Counted from the stretch's first letter, positions 1-9,427 are shown. The stretch: 64,000 bases of DNA from an uncultured Acidimicrobiaceae bacterium (GCA_963755985.1 CAVWLO010000003.1:678537-742536), one strand, 5' to 3'. Translations and numbers: made by a program. The notes: generated by a model not told the origin, from the letters alone.

Positions 1-1
1 C

Positions 2-316
2 GACGCCCCCCTGAGTGAGGAGGACGACCGGCGGCGGGGCGCCCTCCTCGCGTCTGTCTCACGCGAGACGGTGGGCTGGTCCGAGGACGAGCTGCGGATG
101 GCGTCCGGCGTCCTCGACGTGCTGTGGCACGTACCGGCCTACGAGCGGCTGGTCGACAGTTGGGAGCTGGACCCGGACGCCGCGATCACCGCGCTGGAGT
201 GGGCCCTGAGCCTGATGGTGGACGCCATCCAGAGCGGCCGGCGACCCCCGTCCGCTCGACCCGAGGCCCGACGGCGCTCCTCCGGCCGAACAGCTCGATC
301 CGAGCAGTCCACATGA
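2..316 (+). CDS. partial CDS, 3' end of a gene starting upstream of the window (possibly the C-terminal half of a TetR-like regulator)
   Basis: The frame is open from base 2 to the stop at 314-316. The helical W/L-rich tail GWSEDELRMASGVLDVLWHVPAYERLV...ALEWALSLMVDAIQSG fits such a domain. No DNA-binding part is visible, so the family call is weak. Confidence 0.3.
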   Translation, partial: DAPLSEEDDRRRGALLASVSRETVGWSEDELRMASGVLDVLWHVPAYERLVDSWELDPDAAITALEWALSLMVDAIQSGRRPPSARPEARRRSSGRTARSEQST

Positions 317-552
317 TCCGATCAAACCGACAATCCGAACAGCCAAGGAGAACCGACGACTACCTCGCCAAGGCAACCCCCCGGACTCGCTCAACGGATG
401 CCTCAACGCCTTCTCGCGCTGACGCTCGCCGGTATGGATGTTGATCAGCGAGCCGAGGCGAGGATGACCGCCTGGGGCTCAAGAACGATTGATGTGCGGT
501 TGTCGTCGGTCGTCGTCGGCGAGCGCTCAAGATGGGCAGTCGGCCAATGCGC

Positions 553-1926
553 CTAGCTTCGCTTCTTGTACGCGGCGCTCGCCGCAGCCTCCAGTTTCGC
601 AGCGATCCCGTTGACGTTCTTGGGGTTGCGCAGGAAGTCCTGGAACAGGCCCCATTCGCCCTGTCCGGCAGTGGCGCCGAAGGAGCCCGGTTGCTGGTCG
701 GACATGTCGAACACAACGGTGGGGGCGGACGCCACGGGCGCTGCTGTCGACCGGGCGATCGGGTCGGGATACGCGCTTGGGCTCATGTTCCTGTTACCGG
801 TGGCGAAGCCGCCGTGCTTGGCCCACGCCGCCGCTGCCTGCGGGGTCGTTAGGAACTTGATGAACGCTTCGATCGCAGGGGTGTCCTTGAAGGCGACGAT
901 CGTGTCGCCGCCGATCTCGACCTCGGGCCCAGAGCCGTTGATCGAGGGGAACGTAAACACGTTGTAGTCGGTGGTCGGAGTGGCATTGACGGTCGCGACG
1001 CCCGGCACGAAGTCGCCCTCCATCACCATTGCCGCCTTGGGCGGGCTCTGGAAGACGTTGTTGACCGAGGTCGGGAAGTCGGTGTGGAGCGCGCCGGTCG
1101 CGCCGCCGTAGATGTTCGAGGTGTCGCGTAGCACCGCGGCCATCGTCCTGAGCGCCTTCTTGACCGTGGGATCGGTCCACTTGATCGCGTGGGCCGACAG
1201 CGCCCGGTACTTCGCCACCCCGGCCTGGCGAAGGTAGATGTTCTCGAATAGGTCGGTGAGCGTCCAGCCGTCCGCGCCGCCGATCGAGTAAGCGGGCGTG
1301 CCCGAGGCCTTCAGGGTCTTGGCGTTGGAGAGGAACTGCCGCCAGGTCGTGGGCGGGGAGATCCCCGCGGTCTTGAACGCGTGGACGTTGTACCAGATGG
1401 TCGACTTGTTCGACGCCTTGAACACGACCCCGTACAACTTGCCGTTGATCGTGCCGAGTTTCACCCAGGCCGGGCCGAAGTTCGCGCTGTACGACGAGAG
1501 CGCGTACGTCTCGGGCTTCAGCGCACCCCTATCCGCGAACTGCTTGATCAACCCGGGCTGGGCGATGTCCGCCACATCCGGCGGATGACCGCCAGCGACT
1601 GCCTTCGCGAGCACCGTCGGCGTGTTGTCGCCGGTCGACGTGAAGTTGACCGTCACGTTCGGGTACCGCTGATGAAACGTGTTGATCACGTCCTGGAATG
1701 CCGACTGCTCGGCACCCGACCAGACGCCGTCCATGCTGATCGTGCCCGAGACGATGCTGTTGATCGGCTTAGCCGCCGAGCTCGCCGACGACTCGGACGT
1801 GCTCCCCCAGCCGACCACCACAGCCGCGAGCATCATGACCGCCGCAACTGAGGCAGGACGACCAACTCGCCTACCCACATTCCCGCCCACGTGCAAGCCC
1901 CTTTCTACCCATTGCCCTACATGCAC
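553..1926 (-). CDS. ABC transporter extracellular solute-binding protein (carbohydrate type)
   Basis: 457-aa ORF with an N-terminal signal/TM segment (AAVMMLAAVVVGWGS). Family-1 SBP features run throughout (TVNFTSTGDN, WYNVHAFKTAGI, KASGTPAYSIGGADGW). The true start may be an internal codon. Confidence 0.85.
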   Translation of the reverse strand: MHVGQWVERGLHVGGNVGRRVGRPASVAAVMMLAAVVVGWGSTSESSASSAAKPINSIVSGTISMDGVWSGAEQSAFQDVINTFHQRYPNVTVNFTSTGDNTPTVLAKAVAGGHPPDVADIAQPGLIKQFADRGALKPETYALSSYSANFGPAWVKLGTINGKLYGVVFKASNKSTIWYNVHAFKTAGISPPTTWRQFLSNAKTLKASGTPAYSIGGADGWTLTDLFENIYLRQAGVAKYRALSAHAIKWTDPTVKKALRTMAAVLRDTSNIYGGATGALHTDFPTSVNNVFQSPPKAAMVMEGDFVPGVATVNATPTTDYNVFTFPSINGSGPEVEIGGDTIVAFKDTPAIEAFIKFLTTPQAAAAWAKHGGFATGNRNMSPSAYPDPIARSTAAPVASAPTVVFDMSDQQPGSFGATAGQGEWGLFQDFLRNPKNVNGIAAKLEAAASAAYKKRS

Positions 1927-2013
1927 CGACCGGCGTCTGGATAGCTGGCGTTGTGGGACTTCTCAGTTGTCCAACCTTAGAGGTCTGAGTGCATCTGAAC
2001 TGGGACCATGCAG

Positions 2014-2086
2014 TGGGCCGTGCGAGTCTCGATCTCGCCACCTTGGGATTAAAAGTCCCCTGCTCTACCGGATGAGCTAACGGCCC
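2014..2086 (-). tRNA. tRNA-Lys (anticodon TTT)
   Basis: The reverse complement reads GGGCCGTTAGCTCATCCGGTAGAGCAGGGGACTTTTAATCCCAAGGTGGCGAGATCGAGACTCGCACGGCCCA. It has a 7-bp acceptor stem GGGCCGT/ACGGCCC, a D arm GCTC/GAGC, an anticodon loop CTTTTAA and a T stem GCGAG/CTCGC. The T loop ATCGAGA is atypical and no CCA is encoded. Confidence 0.75.
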
Positions 2087-2136
2087 ATAGAAAACTAACA
2101 GGCCCACCTGGTTGATCCGGCCGCTGCAGGGCCGGA

Positions 2137-3207
2137 TCAGGGTGGCTCTCCTCCAACCGGAAGGTCGAGTTTGCCGCACGCTTCATTCAGCGCTTCGACG
2201 GCCTGGCCGAGCTCGGCGGCAATCTCCCGGACGATCTGGCCGGCAGGAACGTCTCTGGACGACCGGAAGCCCTGGCCGGCCCACAGGTTGAGGGCCTCAG
2301 GATCGCCCGCGGCTGCTGCGGCCTGCCGCAGCGCCTTGGTCGCGTTGTTGATCTCCGGATAAGCGACCGGGGCGTCGGCGTGGTCGGTCATGAACCGATT
2401 GACCAGGCCGCGGGCTCTGCGTCCGCTGAAGGCGAGCGTCATGTCAGTGGCGGTGAATCGGGGATCGGCCAGCGCGGCCTTGTGCGTCGGACTGGCTCCG
2501 CTCTCCGGGCAACGCAGAAAAGCGGTGCCCAACGCGGCGGCAGCCGCTCCGCCGGCAAGAACTGCGGCCACGTCCCGGCCCGCCATGATCCCGCCGGCCG
2601 CGATAAGCGGGAGGTCGACCACCGCTCGCACGCTCCCGATGAGAGACAGCACGCCGAGGTCGGATTCTGGGCACCGCCGGTCGCCGAACGACCCGCGATG
2701 CCCACCGGCTTCGAAACCCTGAAGGGCCAGTCCGTCAGCACCGGCCGATGCGACGATCTCCGCCTCCGCCGGTGCGGTGACCGTCACCACGACCAGCGAT
2801 CCGGCCCGTCGCAGGGCGGCTAGTTCGGTGTGTGCCGGACAGCCGAACGTGAAACTGACGACCGGCACCGGATCGCGGCGAAGCACGTCGAGCTTGGCTG
2901 CCCAGTCGTCGTCCTCCCAGATTGCCTCTCCGATGTCGACACCCAGGCGCGTGGCTTCGGGCACCAGGCTGGCCAGGTACTGAGCAACCGCGGCCGGGTT
3001 GGCGACCGATCGGCGCGGCACGAAGACGTTCACTCCGAACGGTCTGGAGGTTCGTCGCCGGACGTCAGCGATCTCCGACTGCATCTGCTTGGCCGTCTTG
3101 TAGCCGGCAGCCAGGAAGCCCAGCCCCCCGGCCTCAGACACCGCCGCGGCCAGCTCGGGTCCGCTGGCGCCACCGGCCATCGGGGCTTGGACGACCGGGA
3201 CCCGCAT
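2137..3207 (-). CDS. nitronate monooxygenase (NMO / 2-nitropropane dioxygenase family, FMN-dependent)
   Basis: The N-terminus VPVVQAPMAGGASGPELAAAVSEAGGLGFLAAG and the later AAGGIMAGRDVAA are typical NMO motifs. Confidence 0.85.
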   Translation of the reverse strand: MRVPVVQAPMAGGASGPELAAAVSEAGGLGFLAAGYKTAKQMQSEIADVRRRTSRPFGVNVFVPRRSVANPAAVAQYLASLVPEATRLGVDIGEAIWEDDDWAAKLDVLRRDPVPVVSFTFGCPAHTELAALRRAGSLVVVTVTAPAEAEIVASAGADGLALQGFEAGGHRGSFGDRRCPESDLGVLSLIGSVRAVVDLPLIAAGGIMAGRDVAAVLAGGAAAAALGTAFLRCPESGASPTHKAALADPRFTATDMTLAFSGRRARGLVNRFMTDHADAPVAYPEINNATKALRQAAAAAGDPEALNLWAGQGFRSSRDVPAGQIVREIAAELGQAVEALNEACGKLDLPVGGEPP

Positions 3208-3280
3208 CAGGTCGGCGAACGGGTTCAGGGCCGCACCTCGTCGGAGCGTTGCCGCGACTGATAGTGCAGCGGAGTGACCC

Positions 3281-4291
3281 TCATCGCGGAGGCGGCGGGA
3301 TGACGATGGCCGACGGTTGTCCGCCGATCTCGACGGCGTTGCCTCGGTGACCGGTCGTGACGTCGATGGGGACGACAGTCCCGTTGTCGGCGGCTACCCA
3401 GGCGGTGGAACCGGCGCCCAGAGCGACTGCGGCTGCCCCCGCTCCGACTGGGATGGGTGGCCTGGCCTGCATGGTGGCCAGATCGATCGGGGTCAGCGCG
3501 TTGCCGCCGCTCACATAGGCTGTCTCCGTCCGAGGCCGTATGGCGATGTCGGTGGCGTTCCCCACCACCCCGATGGCTGGGGACGCGGTCATCGACGACA
3601 GGACCACTGGGGTGACCGAACTTGTCTCGAAGTTGGCGACCAGCGCCATCTGGCTGTCGGGCGTCACGGCCACGGCGTCGGGCTCGAGGCCGGTTGGGAT
3701 CGGAGCGCCGGCCTGGAGGGCCGGCAGTGAGATCGGCGTCACGGTGTTGTCACCGAAGTTGGTGACCAGCGCCACAGACCCGTTCGGAGCGATGGCGATC
3801 GCCGTGGGTTGAGTGCCGACGCGGATGGGTGCACCCGATCGGAGCGAGGGCAGCGAGATCGGCGTCACCGTGTTGTCCCCGAAGTTGGCCACGAGGGCCA
3901 GTTTGCCGTCGGGAGCTACGGCTACGGCGTCTGGTTCCAGGCCTACGGTGGCGGTGCCGACGATCCCGCGGCTGGCCGTGCCCAGGACGGTCAGCTTGTC
4001 CTGCGCCTGGTCGGTGGCATAGACCTGCTGGCCGTCCGAGGACGCGGCCAGGGCCGACGGCAGCGTCCCCGTCGTCATCGGCGCCGACACCGATCCGTTT
4101 GCCGTGTCGACGACGGCCACCGTGGCGCCCGGGTCGGCTTTGCTGGCCATGTTGGCCACGTAGGCGACCGATCCGGGCTGCTCAGCTGCCGATGCGCCTG
4201 ACGTGCAGCCTGCAACGCCGCCGGCCGTCGCCAGCACCAGGAGAGGGACGGCCCACGTGCGGAATAGGCGATGGGTCAGGGCACCGGGCAC
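3281..4291 (-). CDS. YVTN-type beta-propeller repeat lipoprotein
   Basis: It has a lipobox-like signal (LVLATAGGVAGCTSG). This is followed by about 40-aa repeats such as VANFGDNTVTPISLP...G..P.AIAIAPNG. Confidence 0.75.
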   Translation of the reverse strand: MPGALTHRLFRTWAVPLLVLATAGGVAGCTSGASAAEQPGSVAYVANMASKADPGATVAVVDTANGSVSAPMTTGTLPSALAASSDGQQVYATDQAQDKLTVLGTASRGIVGTATVGLEPDAVAVAPDGKLALVANFGDNTVTPISLPSLRSGAPIRVGTQPTAIAIAPNGSVALVTNFGDNTVTPISLPALQAGAPIPTGLEPDAVAVTPDSQMALVANFETSSVTPVVLSSMTASPAIGVVGNATDIAIRPRTETAYVSGGNALTPIDLATMQARPPIPVGAGAAAVALGAGSTAWVAADNGTVVPIDVTTGHRGNAVEIGGQPSAIVIPPPPR

Positions 4292-4436
4292 CGGGAGATC
4301 GTAGGCGAGCCGAAGGGAATCTGGGCACCCGGGCCGACGGGAACCTGGACACCGGCGCGGACAGAGTCGGGCAGCTCAGCCGCCGGTGCCCGGGCACAGT
4401 GGTGCGCACCTGGGCCGACCTGGGCGGGGCTTCGAC

Positions 4437-5891
4437 CTACCCGCGGGCACACGAGGAACCGAGCTCGTGCTCGGCTCCTTGCCAACCGGGCAAATCAGTT
4501 TGCGGGAAGTAGTCGCCCGTCAGGGTGTCCTGGTTGTAGGGGACAGGGGCGGGCTTGCCCGCGGCCAGCTCGGCCACCGCCGCCAAGAAGACCTCGATCT
4601 CGTCTCCGGATGTTCCCAGCCCGCCGCTGGCCCGTACGGCGCCGGGCATCGTCCGGTGGTCGCCGTGGAGCACCTGGTCCCGATAGGCGTGGACGGCGCC
4701 GGCTCCCAATCCCAGCAGCCGGATGACGTACGGGTGTGCGCAGAAACAACCATGACGGACGGCAATGCCCCATTCGGCGCTGAGACGGGCGGCCACCAGG
4801 GCGTGATGCAGCCCGTCAATCGTGAATGCGGCCACGGCCAGCGTCGGCGCGCCGCCGTCGCGGGACGCCCCGAGCAGGTTGACGCCGTCGATGGCCCCAA
4901 GTCCGTTCCGGAGCCGGAGGCCCAGTGCGGTCTCGTGCTCGATGATCGCCTCCCAACCGATCGACCCGAGCTCGTCGATGGCGGCGTGCAGGGCCACCGC
5001 GCCCACCACGTTCGGCGAACCGGCCTCCTCCCGGTCGGGCGGCGCCGTCCACACCACCTCGTCCAGATCGACCAGGTCCACCGCGCCGCCGCCGGCCAGG
5101 AATGGGTCCCCGTCGGCAAAGGTCGAGCGTGGACCGACCAGCGCGCCCGAGCCGAATGGCGCGTAGAGCTTGTGCCCGCTGAAGGAGAGGTAGTCGGCGG
5201 CCGCAGGCAGGGGGCGATGGGGCGCGAGCTGGGCCGCGTCGAGCGCCACGGGAATGCCGCGCTGGTGGGCTGCGTCGATGATGGCGTCCACTGGCGGGAG
5301 CCAACCGGTGACGTTCGAAGCCGCCGTCACGGCCAGGAGGGCGGGGCGTTGCCCTGCGTCCAGGGCGGCGGTGACGTCGTCGACGGTGAAGGTACCGGCG
5401 GGCCCGCACTCGACATACCGCCGCTCGGCCACCCGGCCCCAGGGCAACAGGTTTGCGTGGTGCTCGACCACCGTGGTCACCACCACGTCGTCCGGTGCGA
5501 ACCGCATCCGGTAGGCCAAATGGTTGATGGCCTCGGTCGTGTTCCTGCACAGCACGGCCACGTCGTCGCCATCGGGGTCCCGGCCGGCGAACCGGAGGAC
5601 AGCCTGTCGGGCGTCCTCGTAGGCGGCGGTGGCCCGACGGGAGCGGAAGCCGGCGCCACGGTGGACGCTCGAGTACCACGGGAGGAATTGCGACACGCGG
5701 TCGGCTGCGGCCGGGAGCGCCTGGGTGGAAGCGGCCTGATCGAGCTCGATTGCAGGGCGGTCGACCCCATCGAGACAGGGCACCAGCTCACCCGTTCCCA
5801 CCAGCGAGGCCAACGGGGCCAGGGCCTTCGCCTTGAACGCACGGGCTGCCGAGTGCGCCGAGGGTCGGGCCGGATCTGGATCCACCGCCAC
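4437..5891 (-). CDS. class V aminotransferase-fold PLP enzyme (cysteine desulfurase-like)
   Basis: 484 aa with SFSGHKLYAPFGSGALVG (PLP-lysine motif SGHK) and the fold-type I pattern TTEAINHLA...TAASNVTG. Confidence 0.8.
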   Translation of the reverse strand: MAVDPDPARPSAHSAARAFKAKALAPLASLVGTGELVPCLDGVDRPAIELDQAASTQALPAAADRVSQFLPWYSSVHRGAGFRSRRATAAYEDARQAVLRFAGRDPDGDDVAVLCRNTTEAINHLAYRMRFAPDDVVVTTVVEHHANLLPWGRVAERRYVECGPAGTFTVDDVTAALDAGQRPALLAVTAASNVTGWLPPVDAIIDAAHQRGIPVALDAAQLAPHRPLPAAADYLSFSGHKLYAPFGSGALVGPRSTFADGDPFLAGGGAVDLVDLDEVVWTAPPDREEAGSPNVVGAVALHAAIDELGSIGWEAIIEHETALGLRLRNGLGAIDGVNLLGASRDGGAPTLAVAAFTIDGLHHALVAARLSAEWGIAVRHGCFCAHPYVIRLLGLGAGAVHAYRDQVLHGDHRTMPGAVRASGGLGTSGDEIEVFLAAVAELAAGKPAPVPYNQDTLTGDYFPQTDLPGWQGAEHELGSSCARG

Positions 5892-5934
5892 ACCCTACGG
5901 GCTGGCGGCGGTGCCCCCCGGTACGATCTGCCCC

Positions 5935-6222
5935 ATGGAGACAGAGTCGGGAACCGAAACGGACACCGAGGCTGGGACGGGCGTGGGGTCCGGCATCGGC
6001 CCGGTGTCTGACGAGGTGGTCCTCGACCCCGTCACGGGGGAGCCGGCCGATGTGGACTCGGTCGAGGCGTTGCTCGACGATGTGGACCGGGCCCTGGTCC
6101 GGCTCGATAACGGCAACTACGGACGGTGTGAGAGCTGCGGCACGATCATCGCCGACGACCGGCTGGCCGAGATCCCCACGGCACGGACGTGCGGGGGCTG
6201 CCTGCAAGCCGCCAACGGCTGA
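5935..6222 (+). CDS. TraR/DksA-family C4 zinc-finger protein
   Basis: It carries YGRCESCGTIIADDRLAEIPTARTCGGC (CxxC-N17-CxxC). ATG 5935 was chosen because the longer ORF start would overlap the divergent gene that begins at 5891. Confidence 0.75.
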   Translation: METESGTETDTEAGTGVGSGIGPVSDEVVLDPVTGEPADVDSVEALLDDVDRALVRLDNGNYGRCESCGTIIADDRLAEIPTARTCGGCLQAANG

Positions 6223-6260
6223 ACGGCCACGTCTGGTCGGCTGAACGGCCACGTCCGGTC
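6217..6260. repeat. 22-bp x2 tandem duplication spanning the stop codon of the DksA-like gene
   Basis: ggctgaacggccacgtctggtc is followed by ggctgaacggccacgtccggtc. The TGA at 6220-6222 is duplicated at 6242-6244. Confidence 0.9.
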
Positions 6261-6511
6261 GTGGCTCGGCGCCGTAGGCCGGGGCACTTCGGACCCCATG
6301 TGGCCCGCTGATTGGGCCGACTTCTGGCCCGGTTCGGCCCACCTCCCCACCTCAGGCCAGATAACTCGACCGACTTCTGGCCGAGCCATGGGGTCCGGCG
6401 AACTGGTGACCCGACGAGGGAGCTGGCGGCCAAACGCACTGGATCTTGTGGGCTGGCTGCGGACGGATGCGCGTAAACGCACCGTCTGCACGTCAGGTCG
6501 GGTAACGACTA

Positions 6512-7539
6512 GATGACGTAATTCCAAGGGATCCTCAATGGTCATATGCGACGAGGGATCGCAATGGAGCCACACCAGAGTGGTGGTTGTGCCAGATAGC
6601 AGCGGTGAGGGCGAGGAGTCGTTGGAGCACTCTGGTGACGACGCCGCCAGGCGTGCGTCCACCATGTCGTTCCAGGTCGAGCTGGCCTTTCAGGGTGTCG
6701 TTGACCGATTCGATGAGGGGCTTCAAGAAGCGTGCGCCGGGGCGTGGCGGCTCCCCGGCTCGTGCCGGCCGAATCAATCGTGCGTCGTGGCCGGCCAGGA
6801 ACGACTCGAACTCAGCCGAGGCGTAGCCCTTGTCGGCCAGGATCACCTGCCCGGGATGGATCAGCCCGGGCTCGATCTCGAAGAGGTCCCGAGCGACCTC
6901 GCGTTCGTCCATCTTGGCGTTGGCCAGAGCGAACGTGATGGGGAGCCCAGCCGGCGTGCACACCAGGTGGAGCCGAAGGCCCCAGAAGTAGCGGGAGTGG
7001 CTGGCGCAGTAGCCATAGCCGGCGAACCCGACCAGATCGCTCCGCTTCGCTGTCGGGCGCGACCGCCCACCCTCCACCGGCGTCGAGTCGATGACCCAGG
7101 TGTCATCGTCAAAGAGGTCGGTATCGGTGGCCAGTACCCGGATCATGCTGTTGAGCAGGGATTGCGCTTTCCGGAGCCGTTTGTTGTAGCCGGGCTGGTG
7201 GGGCACGTAGGGGAAAAGGGAACGCAGATGCTTCCGGGCATGTCGGAGGAATCGCGTCTCGGAGGTGAACCCGAGCAACGCGTGGATCACGGCCATGGTG
7301 ATCAGCTCCGCGTCACTCAACTCGGGGGCGATGCCAACTTCGGGCCGCCAGATCCCAAGCGACGGGTTGGTCGCCAGCTCGTCGTCGATCTTCACGTACA
7401 GTGCGGTAACGAAGGTGTCCATATCGGCGTCCACAAGACCTCCAAGGTTGGCGTGGCTATTGAGCAACGCCGATCATGGACGCCTTCGTCGCGTAAGTCG
7501 TGGACCCCACATCCTGGGGACCCCTTGGAATCAGTGATC
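6512..7539 (-). mobile_element. IS982-family insertion sequence, apparently complete
   Basis: About 1.03 kb with a single transposase ORF. The imperfect terminal inverted repeats have core ATTCCAAGGGATCC at 6521-6534 versus the reverse complement of 7518-7531, ATTCCAAGGGGTCC. Weaker matches may extend the repeats to 6512 and 7539. No clear target-site duplication is seen. Confidence 0.7.
6535..7467 (-). CDS. IS982-family DDE transposase
   Basis: 310 aa with TALYVKIDD, LSDAELITMAVIHALLGFTSETRFLRHA, QPGYNKRLRK, VIDSTPVE, GYCASHSRYFWGLRLHLV, ADKGY and SVNDTLKGQLDLERHGGRT. Confidence 0.85.
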   Translation of the reverse strand: MLNSHANLGGLVDADMDTFVTALYVKIDDELATNPSLGIWRPEVGIAPELSDAELITMAVIHALLGFTSETRFLRHARKHLRSLFPYVPHQPGYNKRLRKAQSLLNSMIRVLATDTDLFDDDTWVIDSTPVEGGRSRPTAKRSDLVGFAGYGYCASHSRYFWGLRLHLVCTPAGLPITFALANAKMDEREVARDLFEIEPGLIHPGQVILADKGYASAEFESFLAGHDARLIRPARAGEPPRPGARFLKPLIESVNDTLKGQLDLERHGGRTPGGVVTRVLQRLLALTAAIWHNHHSGVAPLRSLVAYDH

Positions 7540-7544
7540 TAGCG

Positions 7545-7961
7545 CTATTTCTTGGTTTCCCAGAAAATCGTGGCGATCTCGTCGATCTGGTCGAGCAGGC
7601 GCTGGCCTACAGCGGCGTCGTTCCCCTTCTTGGCCTCGCCTGCCGTCTTGGTCGCCTTCCAAAACAGGTCGTGGAGCTGGGGGTACTTCTCAAGGTGCTC
7701 GGGCTTGAAGTAGTCCGTCCACAGCACCCAGAGGTGGTGCTTCACCAGGTCGGCCCGCTCCTCTTTGATGATCGTGGCCCGTGTGCGGAAGACGTCATCT
7801 TTTGAGTCGTTGAACTTGTCGATCGTGTTCTTGACCGACTCCGCCTCGATGCGGGCCTGCGCGGGGTCGTACACGCCGCACGGGAGGTCGCAGTGGGCGT
7901 AGGCCTCACTGGGTGGGCTCAACCGGTCGAGGGTGGCAAGCAGGCGGTCAACAGTACGCAT
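7545..7961 (-). CDS. sodN: nickel superoxide dismutase precursor
   Basis: A pro-peptide is followed by the Ni-hook HCDLPCGVYDP. The rest is collinear with Streptomyces SodN, up to FWETKK at the C-terminus. Confidence 0.95.
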   Translation of the reverse strand: MRTVDRLLATLDRLSPPSEAYAHCDLPCGVYDPAQARIEAESVKNTIDKFNDSKDDVFRTRATIIKEERADLVKHHLWVLWTDYFKPEHLEKYPQLHDLFWKATKTAGEAKKGNDAAVGQRLLDQIDEIATIFWETKK

Positions 7962-8026
7962 GAGCAGGACTCCTTTGGTGCAGAGTGGGGGACGATGCTG
8001 GTGCGGACCACCTTATCGAGCTTCGT

Positions 8027-8608
8027 ATGAGAATGGCCCAGCTCAGCTCATGTACCCCGCCGCGGGTGCCGGGAACCACGCCGGCGACCACAGCGGTGAC
8101 GACAGCGGTGATCAACACTGGAGGCAACACCCGAACGGCGGCCCGGTTCCCTGTCGCCAGCGCGGAGGCCCGGTTCGCCCTCGCCGGCGGGCCGACCCGG
8201 TTCGCCGTCGCCGGTGCGGCGGCCCTCGTCGGCCTGGCGTACCTGGGGGCCCGACTGATCACCCGGGTGGAGGTGGTGGGCATGTCGATGGCGCCGGCAC
8301 TGCTCCCCGGCGACCGCCTCCTCGTGTTGCGGTGGCCGAGGCTGGTGGCACCGTTGCCCCTACCGGGGGATGTGGTCGCCCTCCGCGATCCCCGTTTTCC
8401 GGCTCGAGTCCTGGTCAAACGGGTGGGAACCGTCAATCGGCACGCCGGAACGCTGGAGGTACTGGGCGACGACCCCTCGGCCAGCACCGACAGCCGCAGC
8501 TTCGGGCCCGTTTCCCGCTGGCTGGTGGTGGGCAAGGCCATCTATCGCTATGCGCCCCAGGGCCGAGTGGCCAGGGGTCCTTGGCCCCCCGGGCTACGAT
8601 CCCTCTAG
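8027..8608 (+). CDS. sodX: S26-family signal peptidase, NiSOD maturation protease
   Basis: It is divergent from sodN. It carries VVGMSMAPALLPGDRLLV (catalytic Ser), LVKRV and LGDDPSASTDSRSFGPV. The start is uncertain: the ORF opens at 7985 (GTG), and ATG 8027 was chosen. Confidence 0.75.
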   Translation: MRMAQLSSCTPPRVPGTTPATTAVTTAVINTGGNTRTAARFPVASAEARFALAGGPTRFAVAGAAALVGLAYLGARLITRVEVVGMSMAPALLPGDRLLVLRWPRLVAPLPLPGDVVALRDPRFPARVLVKRVGTVNRHAGTLEVLGDDPSASTDSRSFGPVSRWLVVGKAIYRYAPQGRVARGPWPPGLRSL

Positions 8609-8673
8609 GGCGACCCTCACGGCTGGTTCCGGTCAGATCCAACCGACAGGCCGTCCACCAGGAAGGAAAGTTG

Positions 8674-9189
8674 ATGAAGGACCCGCCACGGACGGAGAGT
8701 ACGCAGTTCGTCAAGGAGCTGCCTGAGCGCTTCAACGAGCTGGGCTCATTCATCCGGGAGCAGCGCAGCACAGCGCGGCTGTCGCTCCGCCGCCTGTCCG
8801 AACTGGCCGGCATCTCCAACCCGTACCTCAGCCAGATCGAGCGGGGATTGCGGCGGCCGTCGGCAGAGATCCTGCAACAGATCGCCAAGGCGTTGCGCAT
8901 CTCGGCCGAGACGCTCTACGTCCAGGCTGGGATCCTGGAGAAGCCCGACGGCAATACTGACCTGGCCCGGCACATCCTCGCTGATCACAACCTCACCGAG
9001 GATCAGAAGCAAGCGTTGATGCGCATCTACCTGTCGTTCCGGCACGAGAACGAGGACGCCAGCCCGAACGCCGACCCCGACACTGATGCAAACGGTGATG
9101 CGGCCGGGGAACGTGCCGACCGAGTCGCGGGCTCTGGTTCCGACCCGGCCGGGGGGTCCCGCACCCACGGGGCCCCATCTCGCGCATAG
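8674..9189 (+). CDS. XRE-family helix-turn-helix transcriptional regulator
   Basis: Only the last third of ORF 7933..9189 looks coding. The RBS ggaaggaaag precedes ATG 8674. The HTH is LSLRRLSELAGISNPYLSQIERGLRRPSAEILQQIAKAL. Confidence 0.75.
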   Translation: MKDPPRTESTQFVKELPERFNELGSFIREQRSTARLSLRRLSELAGISNPYLSQIERGLRRPSAEILQQIAKALRISAETLYVQAGILEKPDGNTDLARHILADHNLTEDQKQALMRIYLSFRHENEDASPNADPDTDANGDAAGERADRVAGSGSDPAGGSRTHGAPSRA

Positions 9190-9360
9190 GGCCGGATCCC
9201 GCACCCACGGCCCGATCTCGGGCCCGCCGGGCCAGACCCCGCTCCGACGGGGCCGGATCCCGCACCCACGGGGCCAGACCCCCGCCCGCCGGGCCGGATG
9301 CCGTTCCCGGCCAGACCCCGCTCCCGCCCGGGCCAGATCCCGTGCCGATAGGGCCGGCCC
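9155..9360. repeat. complex degenerate repeat block across the 3' end of the XRE gene and the mshA upstream region
   Basis: gg(t/a)tcccgcacccacgg occurs 3 times (about 9155, 9194 and 9254). It is interleaved with 4 copies of gggccaga(c/t)ccc-type units. Confidence 0.7.
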
Positions 9361-9427
9361 CGAGACGAGAGCAGCCCCGGGGGGTGTCGGCGAGCAGGAG
9401 TTGGCTCCCAGGTAGGCTCGGCCACGC

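Noticed and set aside
7933-8673. The N-terminal 247 codons of ORF 7933..9189, which would make a 418-aa regulator
   Set aside because: This part overlaps sodX in another frame and reads as Arg/Pro/Gly-rich filler. An RBS plus ATG at 8674 precedes the recognisable XRE HTH domain.
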